The notes under the pieces are model-generated. The model saw only the letters and a list, made by a program, of their open reading frames with translations. It did not search any database and was not told where the DNA came from. A program made the translations under genes and the position numbers. Shown here piece after piece: positions 22,592 to 36,300 of a DNA stretch of 64,000 bases. The stretch's first letter is position 1, and the number at the start of each line of letters is the position of its first letter. The DNA lies in assembly GCF_964355755.1 (NCBI RefSeq), contig NC_092675.1, positions 6,753,812-6,817,811 of the forward strand, given 5' to 3'. This stretch comes from Antedon mediterranea. Its lineage: Eukaryota; Animalia; Echinodermata.

Positions 22592-24815
22592 TTACAACAT
22601 GATTTCCGTTAATGATTTACGTCTAGTGTTCATGGATCCTGGCTGTTTCTTTGTAAATTCCTCAATTATCTTTACACATTTATTATGATCCAATTGTTGA
22701 AGAAACGATTTCAGTTCACTTAAAGCCTCTGTATTCTTCAATTTCCTTCGTCTGCAACTGACTTCCCAATTGTTGAGCAAGAGAATTGTGGGACTTGAAT
22801 CTGTTGGACAGTTTTTTGGAGCTTCTGGTCCCATCCATGCTATGTGATCGCCAGGAACACCCATCAAATTGGCTAAGCCTCGATAATCGCAGAGCCTTAA
22901 TTCTTTTTCTCCTTGCCTCTGCGATTGTCTGAGGACATCAAGTTGAATGCATAGCATGGAACGTACGTTCTGTGATAGAATCGGGGGGTTCACTGGTGAA
23001 GGTGAAAATTGAACCTCCATAAACTCATCGTCCTATTAAAAAAGTAATAATTTCGGTATACATTACTCATGATTACATACTTTATACTATAAAGAAATAA
23101 TGATTACATTAAATGTTCAAATATGGCGCACCTACTCCAACAGTCATACCAGAACATGGTGAAATTTGAATTCAGTGTTGGATCGAGGGCGAATATTTGC
23201 CATGTGTAAACATTTTTATGAAACCCCTTTTTAATTGTCTTTGTTCCTTTTAAATGGGTCGGCCACCACGGCGTGTAACTTGTACGCACTTGTTATGATA
23301 GTCTTGACGCTTTGATCATTTGATATTTATTTATTTCATTTCAATCACGACACACAAAAGTAAAATTGTGACATTGTAAAACAAAGTAATGAAACAGGGA
23401 CAACCACAGAACAAGCGTCATTTAATAATATTGCTCTTGTTCTTAATTTAAACATAGGATAACAAAATATAAATAAATAGATAGATATACAGTAGAACAT
23501 TATCTATAAGTTTCAATATACAAAATGTAAAAAACTAACATGAAAACAGTTTATTAAACACGTACGAAAAGAACTGTTTTACCTGTATGCTAGAAATAGC
23601 AGGCGTATAACGTCTATTAGTTTGTACTTGTGCCATATGAACGGTCTTACTACCAATAGTTACTTCAAATACCAAGAAAGCATCGCTACTTGAACAGTTT
23701 ATAAAAAACTGACGATGAATATAACCCATATCAGACAAAATATCGCCAACTCGAATCATCTAATTATAACATAAGTTTAAATGTAATAGCGAGTAAAACA
23801 ATGAATGGGATAGCACTTTCTATATTATAAAAATGTTATTTATTTACACAAAAGAGTTAAAAAATGAGGGGCTTACATATTCAAGTGGTTTGGTTGTACA
23901 ATCCACGCAATCAATAATTTGGAAATTCACTTCATCATTTGGGTTGTGTAAACCAATCTTAACTGGGTTTCCAAGTGTTTGAGAGGAAGTTTGAAGTTCT
24001 TCTTCCCTTACAATCTGGAGAAAAGAAATTATGCAACTGTATTTCATGTTAAAAAAAAACTTTGTAATAGGCCCTAAGGGTAATTGAAAGTATACTTCAA
24101 AGTATCAGAACAATGAAATGTAATTTAACAAAATAGTACTAAAGAAAAGTATTAAAATTACCTTCAAAGAATAATAGGTACTGCAAAATACCCGCAAAGA
24201 GAATTTATGATGAGCATTATTTTCTAAAACTGCTGATACATAGATAGGCGTATTCCCATCACATATAGTTTGCACTCCACTATCAACTTTAATCCCTGTA
24301 AAGTGATTTAGATGTAGAATCACCGCGCTTTCTTCTATAAAACACAATCCATCACTACTGGTGTCATACGGCCTCCATTTCATAGGTTCTCCGAGTTTCT
24401 GAACGCTCAATTTGACTCTTGGGAGCATCTGTTCTAACAGTAACTCGTCTTTCTGCTTTACATTTGGAAAACGTAGTATTATGGAACTGTTAAACCGAAT
24501 ACCGGGAGGTCCACAGATGATAACATAGTGCTTCTCTGTGTTGTACTCGACCGTGTCTGCATACATGAATACGTAGCCATAGCCCTCGGTTTGTTGTGGC
24601 ATTGCCCCTGGGGGAATGAGCAGTTGAACATCTCCATTTTTCAATTCCATATATCCTCCAGCTTCTCCAATAGATCCAACTACAAATTTTCCATCATTGC
24701 TTACTTCTGAACTAGGTGCATCGAAGTTTAATTTTGAAAATGAGTTATATTTCCATTGTCTGTAAACTTTCTCGCATTGTTTCGATATCATATTTTCCTG
24801 GTACTGTATCTCCAT
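22592..24815 (-). CDS. ZU5-UPA-death domain protein B, paralogue of A, about 469 aa
   Basis: Exons (minus) 24815-24162, 24014-23877, 23759-23583, 23032-22592; same phase-0 structure as A, sum 1410 nt; same ZU5, HFT and death-domain motifs. Confidence 0.85.
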
Positions 24816-27026
24816 GTTTGAATAGATATTTTATGCCACACTTTCTTGTTTAATGTTCTTCTAGGCCTACTATATATTTTGTATAAATACTATATTAATC
24901 TATTTAACAAGCTATTTCAAGGACAAGATTTCAAAAGCTATTCATACAGAATTTAAATAACAAACAAAACGAAACAATCTATATTTCAAAATATACGCTG
25001 AATAGATTCCAATTATTAAAAAATTTGTAAACTATTTTTACAGCATGACTTAACCCAAAGATACGGTATATAACCTTACTGTTACTAATAACACTGAATA
25101 TAATAGGTTAAACCGAATAGACCAAACAATTCCCTATCAATAGCCTACAAATAACAATTATTGTATCTGGTTGGATCCATTATTTTTCCAGAAAGAAGTA
25201 ATTTTTTTCCATTTTATTTTATTTTGGTTGATTCAATTTTACAAACAGATAAAATAAAATGTAAAACAAGATAAGAAAATGTACAAGAACAATATTAACT
25301 GAATGAACTGCAGATAACCTACGAAAGTTTTTTTTTTTCTTTTTTTTTTCTCTTTTGTGGCGTTAACCACTATTTATTCATTTCATTTCATCAACAGATT
25401 AATACAATTATTTCTAATAATAATAATAACTATTCATTGTTATTCTTACTTTTGTTTGGTTTATATATATATAACGTTACTGTTCTTGGAATCAGAGCAT
25501 TATTTCTTTTCTGTTATCCACCTTTTTTCATAATTTTCTAGTATTTGTTTTTGTTCTATAATTCTCAACATCTAAAATTGTGAACACTTAACTAATAAAT
25601 GTACTGTAGGAGATACATTTACTAATGTTGTATAGATATATTTTCGGTAGTATTTTTGACATATAATTCATTTATACCCTATATACAGATTATATACATT
25701 ATTTTAAAAAACGAATATAAAAAAAACAAAAACAAAAATATTAAAAATGCTTTTCTTACTCCTGTGTCTAGTTTTATGTCTCATGGTTATATTTGTTTGC
25801 TTATCTTCTCGTGCGTTACTTATGTTGCGTTACGTTTCTTTTTTGTTTTCAATATTAATTTATACAATTTTTTTTTTAAAATTTATATTTCATATAAGAT
25901 AAACGAAAGTTTAATAAAAAAACACCCTATAATGTATCTATTGGGGTTCCCAAGTGCATATTTCAATTTTGTTATATTATATATATAAATAATCAATAAT
26001 GATTCGAATATAATTGATATAATTATCCCCTTCAAAAATAAAACCATCTGTTTTCCAAAAATTGGATCGAAAAAATTACATCCTAATAAAACCGTAATCA
26101 AAGCTCTGTCTACGCTATCAAACTAGTTTGACAAAAAAAAGTGTGATGTGCCCAAATATGGCAGTGATATGCTTAAATATGGTAGTTATGATGACATCTT
26201 CATGTACATTTATGGGCATATCACACTTTTTTCACATAAAGTATGATGTGATAGTGTAGGCAGAGGTTCAAAATTTAAGCCTATTGTCTGGAAGTCAATT
26301 AAATGGGTTTCTTGTTAAATGTGGCTGTTTAGTTTGTATTTATTTTAATAACTACAAGTTGGCAAAAGTGATTAACTTTAGTAAAACTAGAAAATGACCT
26401 ATATATAATAATATATTGATACTATTTAATAATTAATTTTTTAATTTTGGGGGAGACTGTATTGAAAGGTTATGGTTAGTCTAGGTTCTAGACCAGTCTA
26501 GGTTAAGGTTAATGCTAGTTAAATGTGGATATAGGCCTAAGTATTTAATAAAACATACAGACATTCGTATTACTATACTATACCTAAAGATATTAGTGAA
26601 AGATATTTTTTTCTTAATTGAAAGAGTGATTGAAATTAGTGATTGCTATCGGTTGATATAAACATTCGTCAATAACTAATTTCAGTTTTTTGTATAAATA
26701 AAAGTGCACAATGCAATCTGAAACACAGGACAGTCACCTCTACTTCGCCTATACATTATACGCAAACATGTATATTTTTAGCTTATTTATGTACAATTGT
26801 TTGAACACCTCAATATAATTTATTTTACCTCTAAGCAGATGGTGCTAATTATTAAACCACAGATATTTATTTAAGATAACCAATCCATTACTTTTAATAG
26901 ATAAGTGGAAAATTGTAACGCGTGGTGATATGATAAGACGTCAAACATTTGGTTTCTTATGACGTGGTTATACTAGTTGACTTTCTTATTACTATATTTC
27001 ATATTCATAATTAATGTTTTCAAAAT

Positions 27027-27036
27027 ATATAAAAGG
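27027..27036 (+). promoter_or_regulatory. Candidate TATA box of L3
   Basis: TATATAAAAG about 135 bp before the ATG, preceded by WGATAA motifs at ~26874, 26899 and 26931. The AT-rich background lowers specificity. Confidence 0.3.
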
Positions 27037-27162
27037 TATCACGAATACTGGCTACTTTCATTCAAACGAACAGTTACCTACTGTGGACAGTCAGTTGTTT
27101 TACTAAGTTGGACCGCCTTGCAACGGGCAGTTATTCTCTTTCCGTGGCGATTATCGTAAACA

Positions 27163-30100
27163 ATGTTCACCACAATACTTAAGTCAATCGTACTGTTTAG
27201 TTTGGTTACTAATGTTAAAGGTAAGAAATACAAATTCAGTGCTGTTTACATCTCCACGTTGAGGGTATCGACTGCTGTACTGTACTAGTCACAGTGGTCT
27301 ATCAGGCAGAGGAAATTTCATTTTCGAATCCACATTCGCAAAATTTCCTTTCTTACCATTTTTACATTACACTATTTGTTTTATTTAATTTCATATTTTC
27401 ATTATATATTAAAATTTAAGATTTATACTAAACACAATAACAATTCAATTTTACAGCGGCTACTGAATGTTATGACGAACTTGGTTGTTTCGACACTTCG
27501 TACCCATTCTACAATTTTCCTATTCGTCCAGTTAACAGTTTACCATCATCTAGAGAAGAGGTTGGGACGCAGTTTATCCTCCATACCCGACAAAACGAAA
27601 TTCTCGAGGAAATCCTAACATCAAATGATCCAAACTCAATCTTAAATTCCAACTTCGACTCTACAAACCCAACAAAGTTTATAATCCACGGTTTCCAGGA
27701 CACTGGATTTGCAGAATGGGTTACGGAAATGTACAAAGCGTTACTTAATGCTGGCAACTATAACGTCATAATAGTGGACTGGGCAAAAGGCTCACAAGTA
27801 GGGTATATAAAGGCCACCGGTAACACACGGATCGTTGGTGCTGAAATCGCTTTACTCATCAAAAAACTACAGGTAACAGTGGGGGATTCAGGATTTTGAA
27901 AATGGGTAGAGAGGTGATGGCCTAAACATTCCAATAGGAAAATGCTTTAACTTAATATTCTATCTTTTTATACATTGTTACGAAATTTAGAGATCCACCT
28001 ATAATTGTATATATAAAAGTATCTCTCCGGAGATCCCGCTTCGTGAAAAAAAATGCTGATAGATGAGGGCGTATCGATTTGCATATCAATCAGATGGGCC
28101 GGGTTCGAATCTCGGTTTTCATTCTCATAGATTTCCTTATCTTTATCGTTTCAAATTAATTAAGTAAATTCTAGTATATCACCGGGCGGTTTAGAATTAA
28201 CCTTCTATGCCTAATGTGTTTAGATATAATATATTATATAGGCCTATGGGTAAAATATACTGTTAAGCAATTTTTTATTTCAGTTTATCTACGTTTGCAA
28301 TTACACGAACAATTTCCATTGCTTACGATTCCATTCTATTTACTTTATTTCACATTTATTATATTTATGATGATATTCCTCTTAATAAGCGGAGGTCCAA
28401 TAGCTTGTTTAGAGAGCTCCCATTGCCATGTTTCTACACACTCAGCACACCAACTTTTTTTGATAGCTACTACCCTTAGACACAATAATCACGAGGTGTG
28501 CCGTTGCAAATTTACTGCGGCCATCTTGAAATCCAAGATGGCGGAAAAAATGGCCGCCATTTTATAGTGATGCACTTTATTGTTCATAACTTAATAAATA
28601 TTTGATGTATTTTGTTGACATTAATGTTGATTAATAGCTAATTACATTATCTATTCAATAAAATATTTTTATTTCAACTTTATTGAAATTAAATTACTTT
28701 TGTTAAGCAAAAATGCAGAATTTTAGCAAAAAAATCAGCAAAATCTGTGATATACGATATTTATTATGTTAATTAAGGCAAGAAGCCATGATTATTTTTT
28801 TTTTTCAGATATGCAAAACTGTTTTCTTAACATACTATAACTTTATTCTACAGAGTATTTCTGGCATCTTACCGGATAGCGTGCATTTAATAGGACACAG
28901 CCTAGGAGCACACATAGCTGGCTATGCTGGTGAAACGCTAAAGGGAACAATTGGCCGTATAACAGGTAAGCATGTCCTTATTTATAACTATACAAACTAC
29001 CGTATATGTATAAAAAATAACTCATTTTTATAATCAAAGCAGTAACCACATATAATATTCGGTCCATTTGTTAAAAAAAAAATAATACATGTTAGAACTG
29101 AAAAAAACCTTTTGAATCTTAGAAGATTTTTATTATGGTGATTAGACAACCCCATTTTAGCAATGTTGTATTTAAATCTATTTAATATTATCTGTTCATT
29201 GTATACACTGGACCTAAACTCTCGAATTTTCTACCTTTATCTCTTTAAAAAATCCCATAACTTTTCTTTATTTAAACGTCAATTTAAACTAGTATTGGTT
29301 GAAGGTTCTTTGTAATTTCTTCTTTATTTACAAATTTGGATTCATCTTAAATAATTTACATAATCTATATTACTTTTTTTATGTTTTAAACTTTTAAAAA
29401 GTATGTGTTAGAGAAAACATATTAGTTAAGAAAAAAAAAATCATATTTATATAAGTCTGTTGTTGTTTTTTGGAGTTCCTAATTTTGGAATATTATTTAT
29501 ATTTTATATTTTTGTTTTGAGGAGCATATTTACTACAAGCTATGCTTTCATTTAGGCTCCTCCATTTTATTTAAGTTATTAGTAAAGTGAAATAAAATGA
29601 AAATGAAATTAATTTCCCATATCTTTATTTCCGTAGGATTGGATGCAGCCGGACCTTATTTCGAATATACAGATCCTATTGTAAGACTGGATCCAAGTGA
29701 TGCTATGTTTGTGGACGCTATCCATACTGACACAGATCCAGTATATACCTTAGGTAAGTTGATCTTCACTTTCAATAACATATATATACTGCCGATATAT
29801 AGTAATTGACATTTTGGGAATAGGCTATATTGTATCTATGCATATACTCGAATATTAGAGGGCCAAATAGGCACAAAAATAGGTTATTTTTATTTTATTT
29901 CTGGCTAACCAATCTCTTAAACATAATTATCATTCTTCTAGGCTTTGGAATACAGGAGCCAGTTGGTCACGTGGATTTCTATCCAAACGGTGGAACGAAT
30001 CAGCCTAACTGTGGAGAAAGAATTTTTAAAAACATAAGTGACCAAGGACTTATAGACGGTAATATAACTGATAATAATACTGTTATTATATTGAAAAATA

Positions 30101-32098
30101 TTATGATTATGAGCATTATACATAATAACAACTATGTTATGAGATAATATTATACGTCAAAGTGAATTCTTTCGTTGTTTCAAAATTCTACTAGCAACAA
30201 ATTGACAGCAATTTTTGGTCTATCTAATTCTATTCTAATACAGTAAGCCTAAATGAACATAATCCGTAATAATACAGTGATGGTTTAAATTGTCGTTATA
30301 TATTGTCTCTTTTTAGCCGGTGTGACATCAATAAGTTGTAATCACATGCAAGTTTTGGAGTATTTTACGACATCAGCGGACAACCAACGACAATTTAATG
30401 CGTACATTTGCCAAGATTACGAGTCCTATAATAATGGAAATTGTTTCGACTGTGGAGTAAGTTGTCCTAGAATGGGCCTATACGCGGATGAATACAAAAG
30501 AAACGACCAATCACAAAGAGTCGTCGCCTACTCACGGACAGTTGCACAGAAGCCATTCGCAGGTACGAATGGGGTTATTTTTTTAGTAATGCATATTGCT
30601 GTTTATTTATATTTTAAATTATTTTTATTTTCATAAAGAAACTTTCTGTGTAATTGCACTAAGTTTTATATTTATATTTCTTAGCTGTTGAAGTGAATGT
30701 TGACGTCACAACAGCATCGAAGCCTAATGGGGATAAGTACAACGAGCGCGGTAGCCTTTCTATTGAATGGATAGGTGAAACATCAAATACACCTTTGGGA
30801 TCATTAAGTCAGTAAGTCTAGGATTTATTTTCCATTTTAGATTAAATTATCTGATCATTAAATATGTTTGGGTAACCATAGTCGTTCAAATGTTAAATAA
30901 TAATAATAATTGTCTGCAGTCCCGTACAAATATGTTACTTTTAATATTCTATATTATTAGATGCCTTGTTCCCATACATTTAAGATTTAATACAATCAAC
31001 ATTTTCTGATTAGTAGTATGATGAATTTATAAAATTAATAAACAAGGTATTGATAAATTAAATTGTCAGATAATTAATGAATACATACAAAGCAAAACAA
31101 GAAGTCGCATTTAGAATGATCTCTTCGGAGATCCCGCCTCGTGAATAAAAATACTGTAAGATGAGGGCGTATCAATTTGATCTCTGATGCGCGTGCGTAC
31201 AACTGAGGACTAGTGCTGTTCCGCCGTACCACGCCGAGAATGTTAAAGAGCCGCTATCCAATCGAGTTCGAACAATACCATGAAAGCCCCAGTGGTCTAA
31301 TGGTTAGGACATCTGCATATCAAGCAGGCGGTCCGAGTTCGAGTCTCGGTTGGGGCAACTTTTTCTCATTCTCACAGATTTCCTTATCTTTATCGTTTCA
31401 AATTAATTAATTAAATTTGTGTGCAAAAAATATAAAGTCGAATTGCCGTCTACTGATCGATGAAAGAAAGAAAGATCAGTATAAACTATATCTTGGAAAA
31501 CAAGTAATTTGTTGGAATATTAATTGTTGAATAATATTTTTGTTCAGAACTGAACATTTTGAATCTGGACAGACGTATACATACTTCACTATTATTCCTG
31601 AGAGTTTGGGTGAAGTTAAAGGAGTGAAACTGGTATGGGAATTTGACGCAAATTGGTATAAGCCGTGGCAGTGGTTCAGAAAGCCAGAAATTTACATAAA
31701 TAATGTCGGGTTGACATTGTTTCCACTTAGTCAAAGGTAACCAATTTTAAACAAGCAATAAACATTTACTTTACAACAAAATAAGGATAAACTCAAATTC
31801 AAAAGTTTCGTGACAGAAAAAGTGTACTATTACAGAAATACTAGGACTTACAACGGGGATATAAAGTACCAGCAAATACAACCAAAATAGATATTTCTCC
31901 CAAATTAGAGTCCACCTATATTAAGTATTTCATATATTGCTTCCGTTTAGCTACGTTAATTAAAAGTATTCGATATTCTGTTCAAAAATAAAATAAAATA
32001 TATTATTTTATTTATTTAGGATGACCTTATGTGGTTCAGGAATTGAGATGAAGCCAGGAGAACAAGTTACTTTGCTACCATCTGCTTGTGAAATATAA
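27163..32098 (+). CDS. Pancreatic lipase-related protein L3, intact triad, 486 aa, signal peptide
   Basis: Exons 27163-27220, 27457-27872, 28854-28965, 29637-29753, 29942-30058, 30317-30562, 30685-30811, 31548-31736, 32020-32098 (sum 1461 nt). [38 protein letters not shown] domain. Confidence 0.95.
31286..31357 (+). tRNA. tRNA-like cloverleaf with anticodon ATC (Asp), most likely the Pol III head of an interspersed repeat; related copies ~28021-28200 and ~32745-32950
   Basis: Acceptor GCCCCAG/TTGGGGC, D arm GTCT/GGAC, anticodon arm TCTGC-ATATCAA-GCAGG, T arm CCGAG-TTCGAGT-CTCGG, then TTTTT. Flanks are shared with the decayed copies. Confidence 0.5.
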
Positions 32099-33369
32099 TA
32101 TATTGAAACATTATTATAACTTCTTTAAAAAAATATGATACTCTTATAATTTAGTTATTGGTTCTTTTAAAAAAGAACCAATAACTCATGGATATTAAAA
32201 ACCAGATGAACATTTTTAATCATACTCTTATAATTGTTGAGCACATATGGTTTTTTGCTTCGATATCTATTATACCGTCTGCGGTTCAGCTGGTTTCCCG
32301 CTGGATATTGCCCTTCCGCGGAAATTCTTTTTCATGGCATTTCTCAGGACCTCCCTCGGCTAGGACATCCTCCACCCCGGGTATTTTCTCCCACAACATT
32401 GTATTTTATCATTATTCTAAACAAATTTATTAAATTTAGTCCTAGTACTGTTATAAAACATTTCATTTTATTTCTCCCTCAAGTTTTTGTGTTCTCTCAA
32501 TAAATAGGCCTACTACATTTAAATCTTTTAATTATTGCCTCTTTTGATTGTTAAACAACAATGAAGCCTTTGCTTGTGCATGTTCACTTTGATCACGGTT
32601 TTATCATTTTTATTGCTAGTTTGAAAAAAAGATTACCTGCTTAAATTTAAAAATGTTCATGGTTGTTGAGAGAATTCTTTGTTCTTAAAATTTGGCATAA
32701 AAAAACGATAAACAAATATTAATTGCATTATAGTCACTATTCTACCGTACCACGCTGAGGGTGTTGAAGAGTCCAATTTAATTGAAGCCATACCATGTGT
32801 AATGGTAGGATGTCTGAAAATCAAACACAAGATTCTGGGTTCGAATCAAGGTTGGGGGAGCTATTTCTCATGTTGAAAAATGTCCTTATCATCAGTGCTT
32901 ATAAATGAATTACTTAATTTCCAATTTGTATATTAAACATAGCGGTTTAATCAGAGATTCGTGTGATATAGAAGGAAATGTTTATGAAACTAATAATACA
33001 AAATAAATAGTACTGTAATAGAAATAACTAAACATGACACGCGAGTGCGTGATAAGCATAAACAAATTATGTTGCCTATTACATAACTATATACAGAACA
33101 TCATAATTAGTTTGGTGAAACAATGGATCATTTAGAAATAAATATAAATATTCAATGTTTAAGTGCTATTTGCTAATTGATTGTTTTAAAAATCACTAAA
33201 CAAAGTAATTATCAACGAGTTACATATATACATTAATTCCTCTATTATTTAATCTATGAGAAATAACACTTTCAAGAGACAGAAAAGGTGAAACTAATTT
33301 ATTGTTTCGAAAACTTAAATATCACTTAAATACGCAAGATTGCTGTATCATATCACCATTGTAATCGCC

Positions 33370-36300
33370 ATGGCGAACACATTCGGTTTAGTGTGTTGCT
33401 TTTTGCTTTTGCTAAGTAAACTGAATGACGTTGAAGGTAAGAGGAATGCTCTATTTGACATATCTAGAGGTATCACATTTTCACATAATCTGTTTCCGTT
33501 TCTAGGTTTCATTTTTAGCTTTAAGGGTAGGCCTAATATTGCCTATATTGAAATATAATATCTTCTTCTAAGTTTTTACTTTGAAAATTAACATTTCAGT
33601 AAATCGTGGGTGACTTTTAGAATTTTCATTCAATGGTATATAAAGTAAATAACACATACTTTCAGTACTGATTTACCACCTAATGGAAATCAGTACACTA
33701 TTTACTTAGATTAAAACGAATAGGTTAACAAATTTGCCGCGAATAGGGTTATTTCCCGAAGTTGATACACACTTTCTATTGTTGTCACTGCAAATTTCTA
33801 TTAATCTATCGTAAAAGTCTGTCTACATTATCAAACTTTATGTGACAAAACAATGTGATGTGCCCATATATGGACATGATGATGTCATATCACTACCATA
33901 TTTGGGTACATCACTACTACATTAAGGCACATCACACTTTTTTGTCAAACTAGTTTGATAGTGTAGACAGAGCTTAAGTGTACAATATGACAATCGGTAA
34001 ATGCATTAACGTGTACCAAAACTTTTCACACAAAAACATCAAAGTGCACAAAATTGCTTTAAATCGCATTTGGAGACGTTTTAGACCATTTTGAGCATTT
34101 CGATGAAACTTTTCACACAAAAACGACAGTTACATTATGTTATATGGTAAGTGATATCTTGCAAACCTAATTTTAATTTAACTTAACCTTTACGTTACAA
34201 ACATTGAATAAACGTTATACGTGTTGCATTTTAAGTGTTTGAACGTTCAGTTAAGGCTTACATTAACGTTGTCAACATAACCGTAACCATAAAACAACTA
34301 TCAAAGTGTCCGAGAACCTCACACACTAGGCGCACTATAGTGAATCGCCCTTTAATCGGGCGATTTGGTTTACTCTTGCAAATGTTCTCTTTTCTTCGTT
34401 TCATTACTTTTATTTAAATTCATTGTTGTTTAATCACAAATGAGCAATATAATAATTTCATTGGCTTACACTTAAACGGAAAAGGATCAAAATAGTGTTT
34501 TCATAATATTAGAAAATACATAAATAAATAATAGTGTGGCAGCGATTAAGGAGAGAACAAATGAAACAATGAAATATACATGGCTGCAGTCCCGTGCTCA
34601 AATTTGAGTTAGTGTTTAACGACCAACCGACCGACCAACAGACCGACCAACCGACCGACCGACGTAGTGAGCTGTAGAGCTGTAGAGTCGCGTTTGCACG
34701 CGACTAAAACATCCTCGAGTATGAAAAAAAGGTAATTTGATATTTCTATTATAATCCATGCACTATCCTTGCATATTTGTTTTATATAGGATTTAAGACT
34801 AAATTCATTCTACATACTCGACAAAATTACAAAAACGAATCTCTATCTGCAAACGACAAGGCATCTATTTTCAACTCAAAATTCGACCCAGCAAAACAAA
34901 CCAAGTTTATAATCCATGGCTTTATGGAGAGTAGTGAAGAGGAATATGTTAGTTTAATGTCCCTATCACTGCTCGGTGAAGGTGATTATAACGTTGTTAC
35001 CGTAGATTGGGGAAATGGAGGAGAAGGAAATGCACTCGATTACAGTAGCGCGGTTGGCAAAGTAGTCCTTGTTGGTGAAAGTATTATTGATTTGATCAAA
35101 ACACTAAAGGTAAAGTTACAGTATTATATTGTAATTAACCATTAGTAATTGGTGCCCTGTTTTGTTGAAAATGTTTGTTTCAAGACACATGGGATTTTCT
35201 TTATTTATTAGACCGAAAGGGAAATGTCATTGAGTGACGTACACCTGATTGGGTTCGCCTTAGGAGCACATTGTGCAGGATATGTCGGCAAGGAATTTAG
35301 ACAGGAGAAGAAAAAAGGCAATTTGCCCAGTATTGGACGAATCACTGGTAATATTATTTTTAATTTTAAATAGCTGTGTTTTAGATCAATATAGAACGTC
35401 AGCGTCAATAGCTCAATCAGAAGAGTTATCATAAAAGTGTTTCGAAATTAAAAAGTCCTGTATAGCAAACCTCAATACAGATTGGTTACCGCTAGGACGC
35501 AACGCAATGACGTAGACGCAACGTAACGACACAAGAACATACTCTTGCGTGTCACAAGCTGGAAACGACGACATAAGCACGTTGACATAGACATATTCAA
35601 TTCAGCACTGTTTTCTGCTTTGCGTCGTTAAGTGGAGTTGCGACAGATTTGTTTGTTTGTTTTCTAGTGGGAACCAAGCTTTAACAATAATATTAATTTA
35701 ATATTTTAACTACTGTAGCAAAGATACCCACACCACTATAAATCTGGCCATTTACAAATGTAGTCTAAATGGTAAAAAGTAGGGATTCAGTTTCACTTTG
35801 ATACCCTAATATCCCACAACTAACCAACTACGCCCGCTCCTCCACTTCCTTGCTTGCTGTGTAAATAGCAAACATTTGTATAGCAATGTGTATAAAGTGA
35901 AAAATTGGCCGCTATTTTGGATCCAAAATGGCGGATAGTTGTACTTATTAGGAATAGACATTTTTTTTTCGTTTTGATTAATTAAAATATAAGGCATTAT
36001 TAAGACTTTAAATCTTTGCATTCACTATATAATAGATAGAAAAACTTAATAATATGGTATGCATGTTCTTATAATTGAAAATATATTTACACAGGATTGG
36101 ATCCAGATGAATATAATTATGCCGGGGATGAAGAAGTACCACTGTCTGCAATTATAGGCCGTACAGATGCCAAATTGGTCGATATCATTCACACCGAAAC
36201 AACAATATTAGGTAAACATTCTAAATATAAAATATCAAGGAGTTCAAAATTATTTATGATTAAAGCAAGTTAACTATCCGCATTTTGCTTAATCGTTTCA

